Shown here one piece after another: positions 12,527-23,849 of a stretch of 64,000 bases of DNA; the stretch's first letter is position 1, and each line of letters begins with the position of its first letter. The position numbers were made by a program, and so were the translations under genes. Source of the stretch: Carcharhinus amblyrhynchos (lineage: Eukaryota); the NCBI GenBank assembly GCA_965287045.1, contig OZ336879.1:32054001-32118000 (forward strand), in the 5' to 3' direction. The notes below the pieces were generated by a model. That model did no database searches, was not told the DNA's origin, and saw only the letters and a program-made list of their open reading frames with translations.

Positions 12527-12834
12527 CTTCATTTGCTGCTTCTTTAGAAGCCGCCGATATACATGCAGTCACAGCCTCATATGAAGCACTCAGTCGCGTA
12601 TTGGGGTCCCGCTTTGGTTTAGGAGGAGGTTGTTTCCGTGGTGACTGCAGGCCATTGCTATCATCCATACTGAATACTGAGTGAAGGGAGGGTGATCTGA
12701 TGGATGATCCAATCACAGAATGTGCCAACCCATCGACAAAGGTAGGTGCCGGCACCGAACTCGAGTGAAACTGCTTCGTTGTTCGGCAGCCCGAAAGACT
12801 GTCTTCATTGACCTTTCCACTCCCGTTGCCAGAT
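12527..12834 (-). CDS. MYO16: Myosin XVI internal exon (NYAP-homology tail region)
   Basis: Acceptor ttttaatttcag|A and donor GAAG|gtttga; 308 nt, phase 2 to 1. Encodes [11 protein letters not shown]...[56 protein letters not shown], the MYO16/NYAP PPPKPKR.PNT.LS.SY motif. Confidence 0.93.
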
Positions 12835-13648
12835 CTGAAATTAAAATGACGTCCAGATGCTGAATTAGAACAATGAACCTGTTCATGCAAACGTAATGCC
12901 AGCTTTTCACACAAGCAAGCAACCAACACCCCCACTGTGAAGTGAGGGTGGAAGCACTACTCCTGTCAAACAAAAAATCCACAGAAAGCTGGCTGTCTTC
13001 TCCTGTTCGTTTCTGCTCTGTGCAAATTAAAACATTCTACCTCTATTGCTATATATGAGATGTTAGATTATGATTCAAAATGAAACACACGTTTCTGAAT
13101 GATTTATTATCCTGTTTTGCAATGGGAGCTAAGATTCCCCCAGTGTCATCTATTTTGCTGTTCGCAATTAGGAAAATAGATGACAGCAAGCAGTCCCACC
13201 AATACCGCGATTGCTGCAGACACTGCATGCCTGCCTGAAATAGGCTGCTGGGATGATACAAAATGGTTAACTCTTTCACTGGAGCAAACCATTATTTAAA
13301 GCAACCGGCTTTCCAAACACCCGTGTGTTAAACAGAACCTGTTTGTGCGCAATGCATCAACTGTCAAATTGTACCTCTTCAAGTAATATTTACCTGAATT
13401 TGATAAATTGAATCACTAAGTCCCGAAACTTTCAGCACACTGGGGTGGTTCAATTTTACTGCAATATTTAATTAGTATTTTTCATCTCTTGGAATAGCTC
13501 CCACCATTCATATTTGTAACATACGAAACTAATTATGTGGCTCATTGAAATTATTTTAACCTTACTTTATATGTTCTAAAAATCTTGGCTTCTTACAAAT
13601 CCAGCAATCATTCCTCACAAAGACTGCAATATTGGAGGTCCATGCTTA

Positions 13649-13915
<267 letters not shown>

Positions 13916-14042
13916 TTATGGATCGCAGTTCACACAATAAAATGTACTAGTCAATAATGCAGAATGCTACTGACTGGTGAACAGGTAACAAAAATTATAG
14001 TCAATTAATAGCCCTGAGAATTTCAATAACATTTTAGCTTTT

Positions 14043-14296
14043 AAAGTTTATTTATTAGTCACAAGTAAGGCTTACATTAACACCGCAATGAAGTTACTGA
14101 AATTCTCCTAGTTGCCACAGTCTGGCAGCTATTCGAGTCAATGCACCTAACCAGCGCCAGGGAGCATTCAGAGGAAATCCATGCAGACACAGAGAGAACA
14201 TGCAAGCTTCACATGGACAGTGATCCAAGCTGGGAATCAAACCCAGGTCTCTGGCGCTGTGAAGCAGCAGTGCTAACCACCATGCTGCTGTGCCGC
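14043..14296 (-). mobile_element. V-SINE variant
   Basis: aaagtttatttattagtcacaag tail and cagcagtgctaaccac head in reverse; lies between two MYO16 exons. Confidence 0.8.
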
Positions 14297-14485
14297 TTGT
14301 ACTGGAATCATTTGTGTTAGCCTGTTCAATGATTTCTGAACTACTATAATTAAATTAATTGGATCATAACATATATGAATAAAAGCATTGTTTTACTGGG
14401 TTTGAAAATTTTAAATGACAAAGTGAAAGCATACATTAACAAAGTAAAAGATAAATTGAACAATGTAATTTTAATGTTTTATTAC

Positions 14486-14582
14486 CTTTCTGACATATGA
14501 TAATTTTCTTCTGCAAATGAAGACATTGCTCATTGAGGTGATCTGTTTGCCAATGCTTCATAAACACTTCACTCTGGCTCAT
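14486..14582 (-). CDS. MYO16: Myosin XVI internal exon (converter to start of IQ motif)
   Basis: Acceptor ttttattcag|ATG and donor AAAG|gtaata; 97 nt, phase 0 to 1. Encodes MSQSEVFMKHWQTDHLNEQCLHLQKKIIICQK, in frame with both neighbouring exons. Confidence 0.92.
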
Positions 14583-15469
14583 CTGAATAAAAACAATGGG
14601 AATTTTAATAACCAGGAACTTCTGATTGCATGAAAGTAATTCAGAATGGACTCCATTGTGCAGTGTGATGTGTTCAAAGGGTCTTAAGCTACAAAGTGTC
14701 CAAATCAAAGTTTAGCTAAAGCTTAATATCTCATTAATTAGTCCGATAATTTGCATTGCTTTAGCTACAGCCAGATTAACAATTCTTGGTATTCGAGGGA
14801 TCAAAGCCATTTGGGTCATTCCACATAAGAACTTTCCATTCAGTGCATTAAAAGAGAATGTTGCCTAGCCTGAAGCTAAAAGTCTTAAAGACATTACTTT
14901 GTTTATGTAGAATTGGTGATTTTCTATTGACATTACCTCTGTCACAGATTGTAATCCAAATACCTAGATTCTCAACTTAACCTATTTTCAACCAGAACAC
15001 TGAGGAGTAACATATTTCATTTAAAGTGATATAATAAAAAATGATGTCCCCCAGAACACCAACTGAATTATAATTCACGAGAAACATTACTTGCATGCAG
15101 TGTCCCAGCGAAGGGAGGATGATAGTCAGGAACAAAAGTAATAAATCTAGTTTACTGCAGAATAGTATCAGATCTCATGAAACTGGGGTGGGCAGGTAAT
15201 TTGCCAATGACAGTTGCCCCTTGCCTGAGATATTTTCAGAACCAAGAGAAGAGCACATGTCATGGGACATGCAACATGCAAACTGTAACTCTACATTCAT
15301 GCGTACCAAGTGTCTTAGATCTTTGTTTGTGAACACGTTGTACCTGTCTTGGTTGCTAAGACTCAGTGACTAAACATAGTGTCATCATTCAACTCTCATG
15401 TAATTGACCCCTGATTTAATCAGGTCCTGATTCAAGTATCTTGTTATTAATGGGTGTAGTACATGGGCA

Positions 15470-16250
15470 GGGCTGCAGGGATTTTGGTCCAGCTTCCTGC
15501 ATGCATTGGATGGAGTTTTAACTCCCAATGTGTATCCTTTGTTCTTGACTGACATATTTGGCTTCAGATTAGGCTAGGAGGATCCTGGAACAGGTCCCAG
15601 GACTATATTGGCCTGATTTGCAATCCTGGGGTGGGGTGGAGGATCCAAGCTCAGGGGCCCCGATGCTGGGGATCTGATCCCCCGCTATAGGGATAAGTAT
15701 CCGATCCGGCTGGAGGAGTGAACCTGGATCAAAAGCAAAGCTGTCTTTGCCAGTCTGAGCTCCATTCTGGGAAGGCGTGATTTGGACTGATGTGGGGTTG
15801 GACTTGCCAATCATTGAGCCCTGGTCAGGATAGGGAGAACTGTATGATCTTGAAGAAGATTCGATCCCAGAGTCTGGTGTCTTTGTGTAGGGGTGTGTGG
15901 GGGGGTGGGGGGGGGGGGGGGGTGGTTTTGGTCTGATGGGAGAAGGGGGGGACTTGTGGAGCCATGAGGAAGCATGCCTGCTCTCCTCGGCCACACAAGC
16001 ACTGGAAAGGTATTTATCCCCTCCCATTAGCTGTTGGTGGGCTACGGTTTTACCATAAAACAGATTAAATTTGGCTGTGAGCCTCACTAAAACGTTTAAA
16101 TTTCTAACTCAGCTGCTGTGGATGTTGTGGCTGTCTACCTGCTCTTTATCTGCTAAACCTAGAAGAGGGTGGGTAAGAGTTCAATTACATATTTTTAAAT
16201 TTTTACCCTCTGACCTATCACAATCCCCCATTGTTGAAAATTAGATCTCT
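15470..16250. mobile_element. Decayed GC-rich non-autonomous DNA transposon (Harbinger-like)
   Basis: gcagggatttt.. / ..aaaattagatc termini, repeated gatc/ggg blocks and a poly-G run ~15899-15922. Confidence 0.4.
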
Positions 16251-16639
16251 GAAAAATTTATAGTGATTTAATGTTTATTTTTAAAATTTGCATTTGGCAC
16301 CACAATGGAAGATCACATCACATTCAAGATTTTGATTTAGTGTGAGATAAAATTAAATGCTAAATGGCTTTTGTGGTTAAATATTTTCAGACTGATTCTC
16401 TACTCTCGGCGCCAAAGTACTTACCAACACCTCACACAGTCAACCTGATGGCTTTTCCTTTGGGTGGCCTCAGTATATACACACAGCAAACTTTTGGCGA
16501 AGACTGCACTTACTACTCAGAGCTTTTTGTCAATGATATCAGGATTCAGAGTGAGGAATGAAGTACAGCTGCAGCTTTTCCAGGCCGGGCTGCAGTTTGA
16601 GGGATTGCTTCATTGATGTTGGGCATGAATTGGAATGGC

Positions 16640-18710
16640 TAAGTCTTCTTTTTATTCACTCACTAGATGCAAGTGTCACTGGCCAGGATAGCACTTATTT
16701 CTTGTGCCTAATTTCCCTTGAGAAGGTGGTGGTGAGCTGCATTCCTGAACTGCTAAAGTCCATGTGTTGTAGGTAAACCTATAGTGCTGCATTAGGGTTC
16801 CAGGATTTTGACTCAGTGATAGTGAGCAGCATAAATCTGAGTGTAGTCCAGGTCTTGCTGCTTATGGATACAGGCTGCTTCAGTATCTGAGGAGTCGCAA
16901 ATGGTGCTGAATATTGTTCAGCCATCAGAAATATCCTCACGTCAGACAATTCCAAGAAAGGACAGTGTGTGTGGCTGGATAGAGAACTCCCAGATAGTTG
17001 TGTTCCCATGCATTTGCTGCCCTGGTCATTGTAGATAATAGAGGTCACATGTTTGGAAGGTGCTGTCGAAAGATCCATGGTGAGTTCCTGCAGAGCATCT
17101 TGTATACAGCTTCACCTGTGTGTCGAAGGTGGATGGAGTGAACGTTAAAGGTGCTAGATGGGGTGCCAATCAAGCAAGCTGTTTTGTCCTGGATGGTGTC
17201 AAGTTTCTTGAATGTTGTTGGAATGGCACTCACCTTGGCATGGGTGAATATTCCATCACATTTCTGACTTGTGCTTGTGAATGGTGGACAAGTTTTGTTA
17301 ATCAAGAAATAAATTATCATCACCGAGGTTCCTAGCCTCTGAGCTACTCTTGTAGCCATAGGATTTGTATCCTATACAAATTCAGGTTCTGTTCAGTGGC
17401 AATCCTCAGGATTGATAGTGGAAGATTCAATGATGGCAATGCCATTGAATATCAAGGGGCGATGGTTAGATTCTCTCTTGTTAGAGATGGTAATTGCCTG
17501 ACACTTCTATGGCATGAATATGGCTTGCCATTTGATCAGCCCAAACCCAAACGTTGTCCTGGCATTGCTGTTTATGGACACAGGCTTCTTCAGTTTCTGA
17601 GGAGTATATAGAATATTGTTCAAGCATCAGCAAATACCCTCACTTTGGACCTTATGATGGAGGGAAGGTCATTGATAAAACAGCTGAAGATGGATTCTAC
17701 CCTAAGGAACTCTTGTAGCAATGTCCTGGGACTGAGGTGATTGATCTTCAACAACCACAACTATTATTCTCAGTGCTAAGTGTGACCCCAATCAGTGCAG
17801 AGTTTTCACCTGATTCCAATTGACTCCAGTTTTGCTCGGGCACCTTGATAGCACATTCCGTCAAGAGCAGCCACTCTAACATCACCTCTGGAATTCAGCA
17901 TTTTCAATTAAGGCTGTGATGAAGTCAGGAGCTGAGTGGCCCTGGCGGAATCCAAACTGAGCATAAGCACACAGGTTATTGCTAAGCAATTCCTGCTTGA
18001 TAGCCCTGTTGATGGCCCCTCCTATCACTTTGTGGCTGATTGACAATAGACTCTTGGGACAGTAGTTGGTTGAGTTGAATTTGTCCTATTTTGTGTACAG
18101 TACATTTTCTATATTGCCGGGTAGCTGCCAATGCTGTAGCTGAACTGGGACAGCTTGACTATGGATAAAGCTGGTTCTACATCACAAGCCTTCAGTATTA
18201 TTGCTGGAATATTGTCAGGAACCTTTGCAGTATCCAGTACCTTCAGCCATGTCTGATGGGTAGCACAGTGGCACAGGTGATTAGCACTGCTGCTTCACAG
18301 TGCCAGGAACCCTGGTTCAATTCCGGCTTTGGGTGAATGTCTTTGTGGAGTTTACACATTCTCCCCTTGTGTGCACGGGTTTGCTCTGGGTTACGGGAAT
18401 AGGGCTTGGGTGGGATTGTTATCAGTGCAGGCTTGATGGACCGAATGTCCTCCTGCACTGTAGGGTTTCTATGATTTCTTCATATGCAGTGAATCGAATT
18501 GACTGATGTTCGGCATCTGTGATGCTGGGGACTTAGAGGAGGCCTGGATAGATTGTCTACTCTCAATTTCTGGCTGAAGACTGTTGTAAATGCTTCAGCT
18601 TTGTCTTTTGCACTGATGTTCTATGTTCCCCAATTATTGAGTATGGGGATTTTTGCATTTTTCTCTCTCAGTGAGTTATTTAATTGTCCAACACCAGTCA
18701 TGTAGATCAG
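16640..18710 (-). mobile_element. LINE fragment, second CR1-group family
   Basis: Minus-strand PTTFKKLDTIQDKTACLIG and ATRVAQRLG, plus RT motifs (ALDIQWH-like); SINE inserted at 18258-18476. Confidence 0.75.
18258..18476 (+). mobile_element. HE1-type V-SINE (internally deleted)
   Basis: gggtagcacagtggcacag..ttagcactgctgc..gtggagtttacacattctcc..ctgtagggtttctatgat. Confidence 0.8.
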
Positions 18711-18949
18711 GTAGTCATGTGGATTCTGGGGTGATACGGATATATAAGGGATCTCATATCAGGAATTTGGGGTGGGGGGGCGGTTGGTGGCAACGGGCAG
18801 CAGCTGGGAAGGAGGGCAGCAGCTGGGAAGGGTGGGGGGTGACTGGGAAGACACATAGCATGTAAGGGCTGCTCAGAACTAATCCTAAACCTCTACTGTT
18901 TTTAGTCGTTGGTTGACAATCATGATCACCCAGTACTCAAGGTCAGGAG

Positions 18950-21520
18950 TTGGCAGAATGGCACAGGGACTTCACTACATTGACCTGCTCGTGTTTGACA
19001 AAAACACCACGGACAATTGGACAAAATTTGAGACAAAGTGGTGCATCTAATGTCTATTGGATATTTTCAAGAAGGTAAGGCTGTATATTTTATTAAGCAA
19101 AGCAAGCCTGAGGCTGTCGTGAAATTTGAATCATTTGTTTTTGAATAGAAGGAAGACGAGGAGAATCACCTATTGCCAAAAATGTTTGAGCACATAATCA
19201 TGCCAATAACATCATACTGGATAGACAGTCCCACACTGGGACTCTGAAAATCCTCGCAAGAAAGTGTGTGCATGGTATTCTCACGAACGAGTTGTAAAAA
19301 TTGCATTGTGTGTGGAGTCCATCATGATGTTGTCCTTAAACAGTTCCTTGGCAAGAAATATCCAGGGGATTTTACTGATGATTTGGGGGTGGGGCGGTGC
19401 AGGAGTGATTGATCTCCAACTATACTGTATACAAATGACGCCAGCTACTGGCGAGATTCACATTACAGCCTCTGAGTTTGGCGTGACTGCACAATGGTGC
19501 CCCTACAACTCAGCAGCTGGCCTCTTGGGTGAGCTGAGACTCCACCCACCCTCCAACTGGCAAGATTCACAATTTGGCCTCAGTATTGCACAGAGTGCTA
19601 TAAATTATCATTACTCACCTTGATGATAAAACCAGTGAGAAAACCACCCATTTTATCGCTGGTTTTACACTTAGAAATATTTTGAGAAAATGCTGCCCCT
19701 AATGTTGCAATCAGCCATCAGTATCTGTTTTCTGAATGAGCAGTCAGAGAAAAGTAGCAAGGAGAGGTGGGAGAAAGACAGTTTTACAGTACAGGGCATG
19801 TGGAGACAGTAAAAAGTCTCACAACACCAGGTTAAAGTCCATCAGGTTTATTTGGTAGTACAAGCCACTAGCTTTCAAAGTGCTGCTCCTTCATCAGGTA
19901 AGTGGGAGTTCTCTTCGCAAACAGGGCATAGAAAGACACAAACTCAATTTACAAAATAATGGTTGGAATGCAATGAACACCGCTCGACAATCACCAGACA
20001 AGAGTGTCCTCTTTCGGTTGGGGATTAACTGTGGAGGCCACCATTCACAGAATAGAACTCCAGCATCCTTCCTATGCCACCAGCCACATTGCAGTCAGTC
20101 ACTTCTCCAAGATTAGGAGCATGAACAAGGTAAACAAACTGGAGCTCAATCAGAGCAACCAAACCACTGCAACAACATTCTGCTGTCAGTGTCAACACCA
20201 TCAGTGAGAAGGTGACATTTTCACCACCTTAAATATTGCCTGCAGCAACGCAAAATTAAGACATAAGATCAAAACTGGATCAAAGTACAATGTACTGCCC
20301 ACACAATTGCTGTGGAAAGTAGGGCCACATGTAGCACCAGAACTTAATACTCAGGTGGACCTTGTGGTATATGGCAGACAAACAATAGGCACGGAAGTTG
20401 TGTGGCCTCTCTCTGTTGCACATAGGGAAGCTTCCAATTTCATATCGTTGACAAAAATGTAAAGCTGCTCTTGGGTATCTGGGACAGCATCAGACTGGGC
20501 TAATCCACTTTGGTCTAGATGTACACAGTCTGCAGCACCAGGTCCCAGGAGCGATACAGCACAAAGGCCCATTAACTGCAACTTCATTGGGAAGCTATCT
20601 GTATCATACCATAACAAATTCATGGAGACATTCTCGGCCTCTCCAATGCTGCAATACTTAAATGTTGGAGTATCTATGCTCCATCAGCAGTTTTTTCTCA
20701 GCATAGACTTGACACAATCTCATCCAAAATGGCAGACCAGCAGCCTTTACATTGAGGGTCCTCACTGACACTGAGACTCGTTATGCCCAGATCAAGAAGG
20801 AGCTCCTTGCCCTGGTTTTCGCTTATCAGAAATTCCATGATTTCATATATGGTCATCCCATAAAAGCAGAGTCAGATCATTAGTCATTCATAACTATTTT
20901 TAAAAAATCTTGTCAAACTTTTTTGTGTTTGGCTACAGCGCACAATGCTCATGTTGCAACAGTACAATCTCAATTTCATCTACAAATGTGGTAAGGAGTT
21001 GCACTTGGCTGAAGCCCTTTTCAGAGCCCTGCCCACCACTGACTGGGTAGTTCACAAGGAAGATATTGACATATAAATACGATGACTATGATTATAACGT
21101 TGCTTTCCTCTCATCAAATCTAGGAACTCAAGAATGTTCCACAGTCGGATCTCACATGCTTCACAATCACATTATGAAAGGCTGCCCCTACTTCTCAAGG
21201 GAGCTTCCCCACCAGTTCCACACATTATTCTCCATGAGAGATGGGTTAAATGTACAAGATATATTTTGCGTGGGCAGTGATTTGTCAACCCTGCTTTTCT
21301 GCAGAGGAACTATACCCAGCAACTCCACCAAGAGCCCAGGGCAGGAAGCAATCAGATACAAGGCAAAGGAATCCCTAAATCTATGAGGACAAAGTATCCA
21401 GATGTGTATCATGCAGCACACTCAAGCTGCATTAAACCAAAGAGTCACAGTTCCTAAATAAAGTCCCGAACCTTCCATGGATTGTCGTGGTGGCTGACAG
21501 TTTTGAATGGAACCTAAATG
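18950..21520 (+). mobile_element. Decayed Gypsy LTR retrotransposon internal region
   Basis: gag-like MAQG..LVFDKN..DNWTKFE; protease-like KIKTGSKYNVLP (~20265); RNase H LTDTETRYAQIKKELLALVFAYQKFHDFIYG (20761); MLQQYNLNFIYKCGKELHLAEALFRA. Many stops and frameshifts. Confidence 0.8.
19796..20026. mobile_element. Penelope-like remnant (inverted pLTR plus GIY-YIG endonuclease fragment) inside a Gypsy relic
   Basis: pLTR terminus cagtaaaaagtctcacaacaccaggttaaagtcc. The minus strand carries a decayed hammerhead core CTGATGAAGGAGC...GAAAGCTA. Plus strand ~19978-20024 translates HRSTITRQECPLSVG (GIY-YIG-like). Confidence 0.7.
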
Positions 21521-22654
21521 TACCTAGAGCATAGCCAAATAACCGTTGGTGCGTAACCAAACTAAATACAAGATTCCAGCACTATAACCAAACCAAATAC
21601 AGGGTTCCACAACTATGCCATGGACTAGCCTAGGGGTCTCTGAGCTGCATCTGGATCGGAGTTTGGAGACAACTGGACTAGCCTATACCTGGTCTTTGAA
21701 TTTTAAAAAAGTAGGGATTTGGGGAAGAAGACACAATGGGCTATGCCAGCAGTGCAGCAGCCAAATCCATGTTTTGTGCAATGATTATATGTTGTTAGCC
21801 TGTTCAATATATATAGTATAAATAGTTTTCATCCAGTGACGTCTTGTGCATCATTCATCGTAGACATAGACTGTGTGTTTTATGGATGTTGAAATCACGT
21901 GGGTACATAAGGGATCACGTGTCGGTGTGTGGGATGTCTCCCAATAGCATAGGCAGACAAAGAGCACGTAAGAGCTGCTCTGAGTTGACAAACTTTGATT
22001 GTTCTAAGTTCTTGGTCTCCAGCCATTGCAACTCAGTACTTTACAATTCACAACTGGATGTGGCAAGATTTCAGATCTTAGATCAGATGGTGTGCATTCA
22101 CTTAGTCCTGCCTATCATGTGCTACTCCTAGAGTTTGGCATGCAAGTAGTCCTGTGTTGTAGCTTCACCAGGTAGGCATCTCAATTTTAGTTATGCTTTA
22201 TGTTTTCCTGACATGCTTCTTCACTAAACTAGGGTTGAAGACCAACTTGATGGTAATGACAGAGTAGGGAATATGCCAGACCATGAGGTTGGTTACGGGA
22301 TGTGGTTGAGTATAATTCTGCTGCTGGTGATGGCCCGCTATACTCATGGATGCCTAACTTTGAGTTGCTAGAACAGCAAAGCACTTCAATTTTTAGCTGC
22401 TAGTTTGATGCTCTTTCTGTCAGACATCTAGGTTGTTTTGTTTGTGGCTACAGATCACCCAGGAAAGATGCACAACATTTGGCAGGAACTGATGGACAAA
22501 GTAAAGACTTTGTCAAATGCAGAAGAAAATGGAGGCTGCAGGAGCTTTAAACATATGGAGCTGAATTTTCACTTTGATGGCATGAAACAGGAGTTGGGTC
22601 TTTTTCCTACTGCCAACCAAACAGCCACGACCTAGAATTTTGACCAGATTGTCT

Positions 22655-22872
22655 CCCTTAATTGGCACTATTCTGAAGAAGAGCAGAGGAGTTACCCTGG
22701 TGTCCTGGCTAATATTTGCTGCTGAACTATCACGAGAGAACAGATTACGCAGACATTATCATATTGCTGTTTGTGGGAGTTTTGGTTGTCATGTTTCCTG
22801 GATTACAACAAGTTGTAAAGTGCTTTGAAAATGGTTGTGAAGAATGCAATACAAAAGCAAGTCTTTTCTTCT
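22655..22872 (+). mobile_element. Deu-domain SINE 3' half
   Basis: ggcactattctgaagaagagcagaggagttaccctggtgtcctggctaatattt...attgctgtttgtgggag. Confidence 0.7.
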
Positions 22873-23225
22873 TGCTGAATGTAGTAAAATGTCCCAAGGC
22901 ATTTCACAAGAGCTTTGTCAAACAAAACTTGACACAGAGCCAAGAAAGGAGATGATAGAACAGGCCAGAAAACATGGATTAAAGAACTAGCTTTTAGGAA
23001 GCATCGTCATGGTGGAAAGTAGAAGGCCAAAGGGCAGAGGTTTCCCATCTCACCAGCAGTGGAAATATATCAGGCAGGGTTTTTCCACCGCTTTGCATTA
23101 ATCAAAAAGTGAAGAGGGATGGGAAATATAAGCTAGAGGCAAAAGGTTGGGCTTGCACCCAATTTTTCACTTCTCCCAATCTTGCCAGACCCATTCTGCC
23201 TATGTCATTAGCCTTATGCCTGGGA

Positions 23226-23842
23226 AGAACATAAGAAATAGGAGCAGGAGTAGGCCATCTAGCCCTTCGAGCCTGCCCCGCCATTCAATAAGATCATGGC
23301 TGATCTGTCGTGGCTCAGTTCCACATTCCCGCCCTCTCCCCATAACCCTTAATCCCCTCTCTTATCAAAAACCCATCAACCCGCATCTTAAAAATATTTA
23401 GCGAGGCAGCCTCCACCACTTCAACGGGCAGAGAATTCCAGAGATTCACCACCCTTTGAGTGAAGAAGTTCTTCCTCAACTCCGTTCTAAACCGCCCCCC
23501 CTTTATCTTGAGGCTGTGCCCCCTAGTCCTACTGTCCTTTCTGAGCAGGAAGAGTCTCTCCACCTCTATCCTATCCATCCCATTCATCATCTTATATGTC
23601 TCAATGAGATCTCCCCTCATTCTTCTAAACTCCAACGAGTACAAGCCCAGTCCATTCAGCCTCTCCTCATAGCTCAACCCCCTCAACTCCGGCATCAGCC
23701 TAGTAAACCTCCTCTGCACTCCCTCCAAGGCCAAAATATCCTTGTGTAAGTACGGCGCCCAAAACTGCACACAGTACTCCAGCTGCGGCCTCACCAGTGC
23801 CCTATATAGCCGCAGCAAGACCTCCCTACTTTTATATTCAAT
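23226..23842 (-). mobile_element. Young 5'-truncated CR1 LINE (subfamily A)
   Basis: Intact 167-aa ORF 23315-23818, near-identical to the 3' part of 4959-5995 and to 50280-50717. Confidence 0.95.
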
Positions 23843-23849
23843 GCTGATT

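Noticed and set aside
12835-12982. Upstream extension of ORF 12501-12935 and the overlapping 89-aa ORF as coding or a cassette exon
   Set aside because: A phase-compatible acceptor at 12834 explains the exon. The candidate 84-nt cassette would leave only a ~44-nt intron with a weak donor, and upstream acceptors hit in-frame stops.
15569-16087. 172-aa proline-rich ORF on the MYO16 strand, candidate proline-rich tail exon
   Set aside because: The polyproline comes from a poly-G run in a decayed repeat. Its position between motor/converter exons is wrong for the tail, and the neighbouring exons already join in frame.
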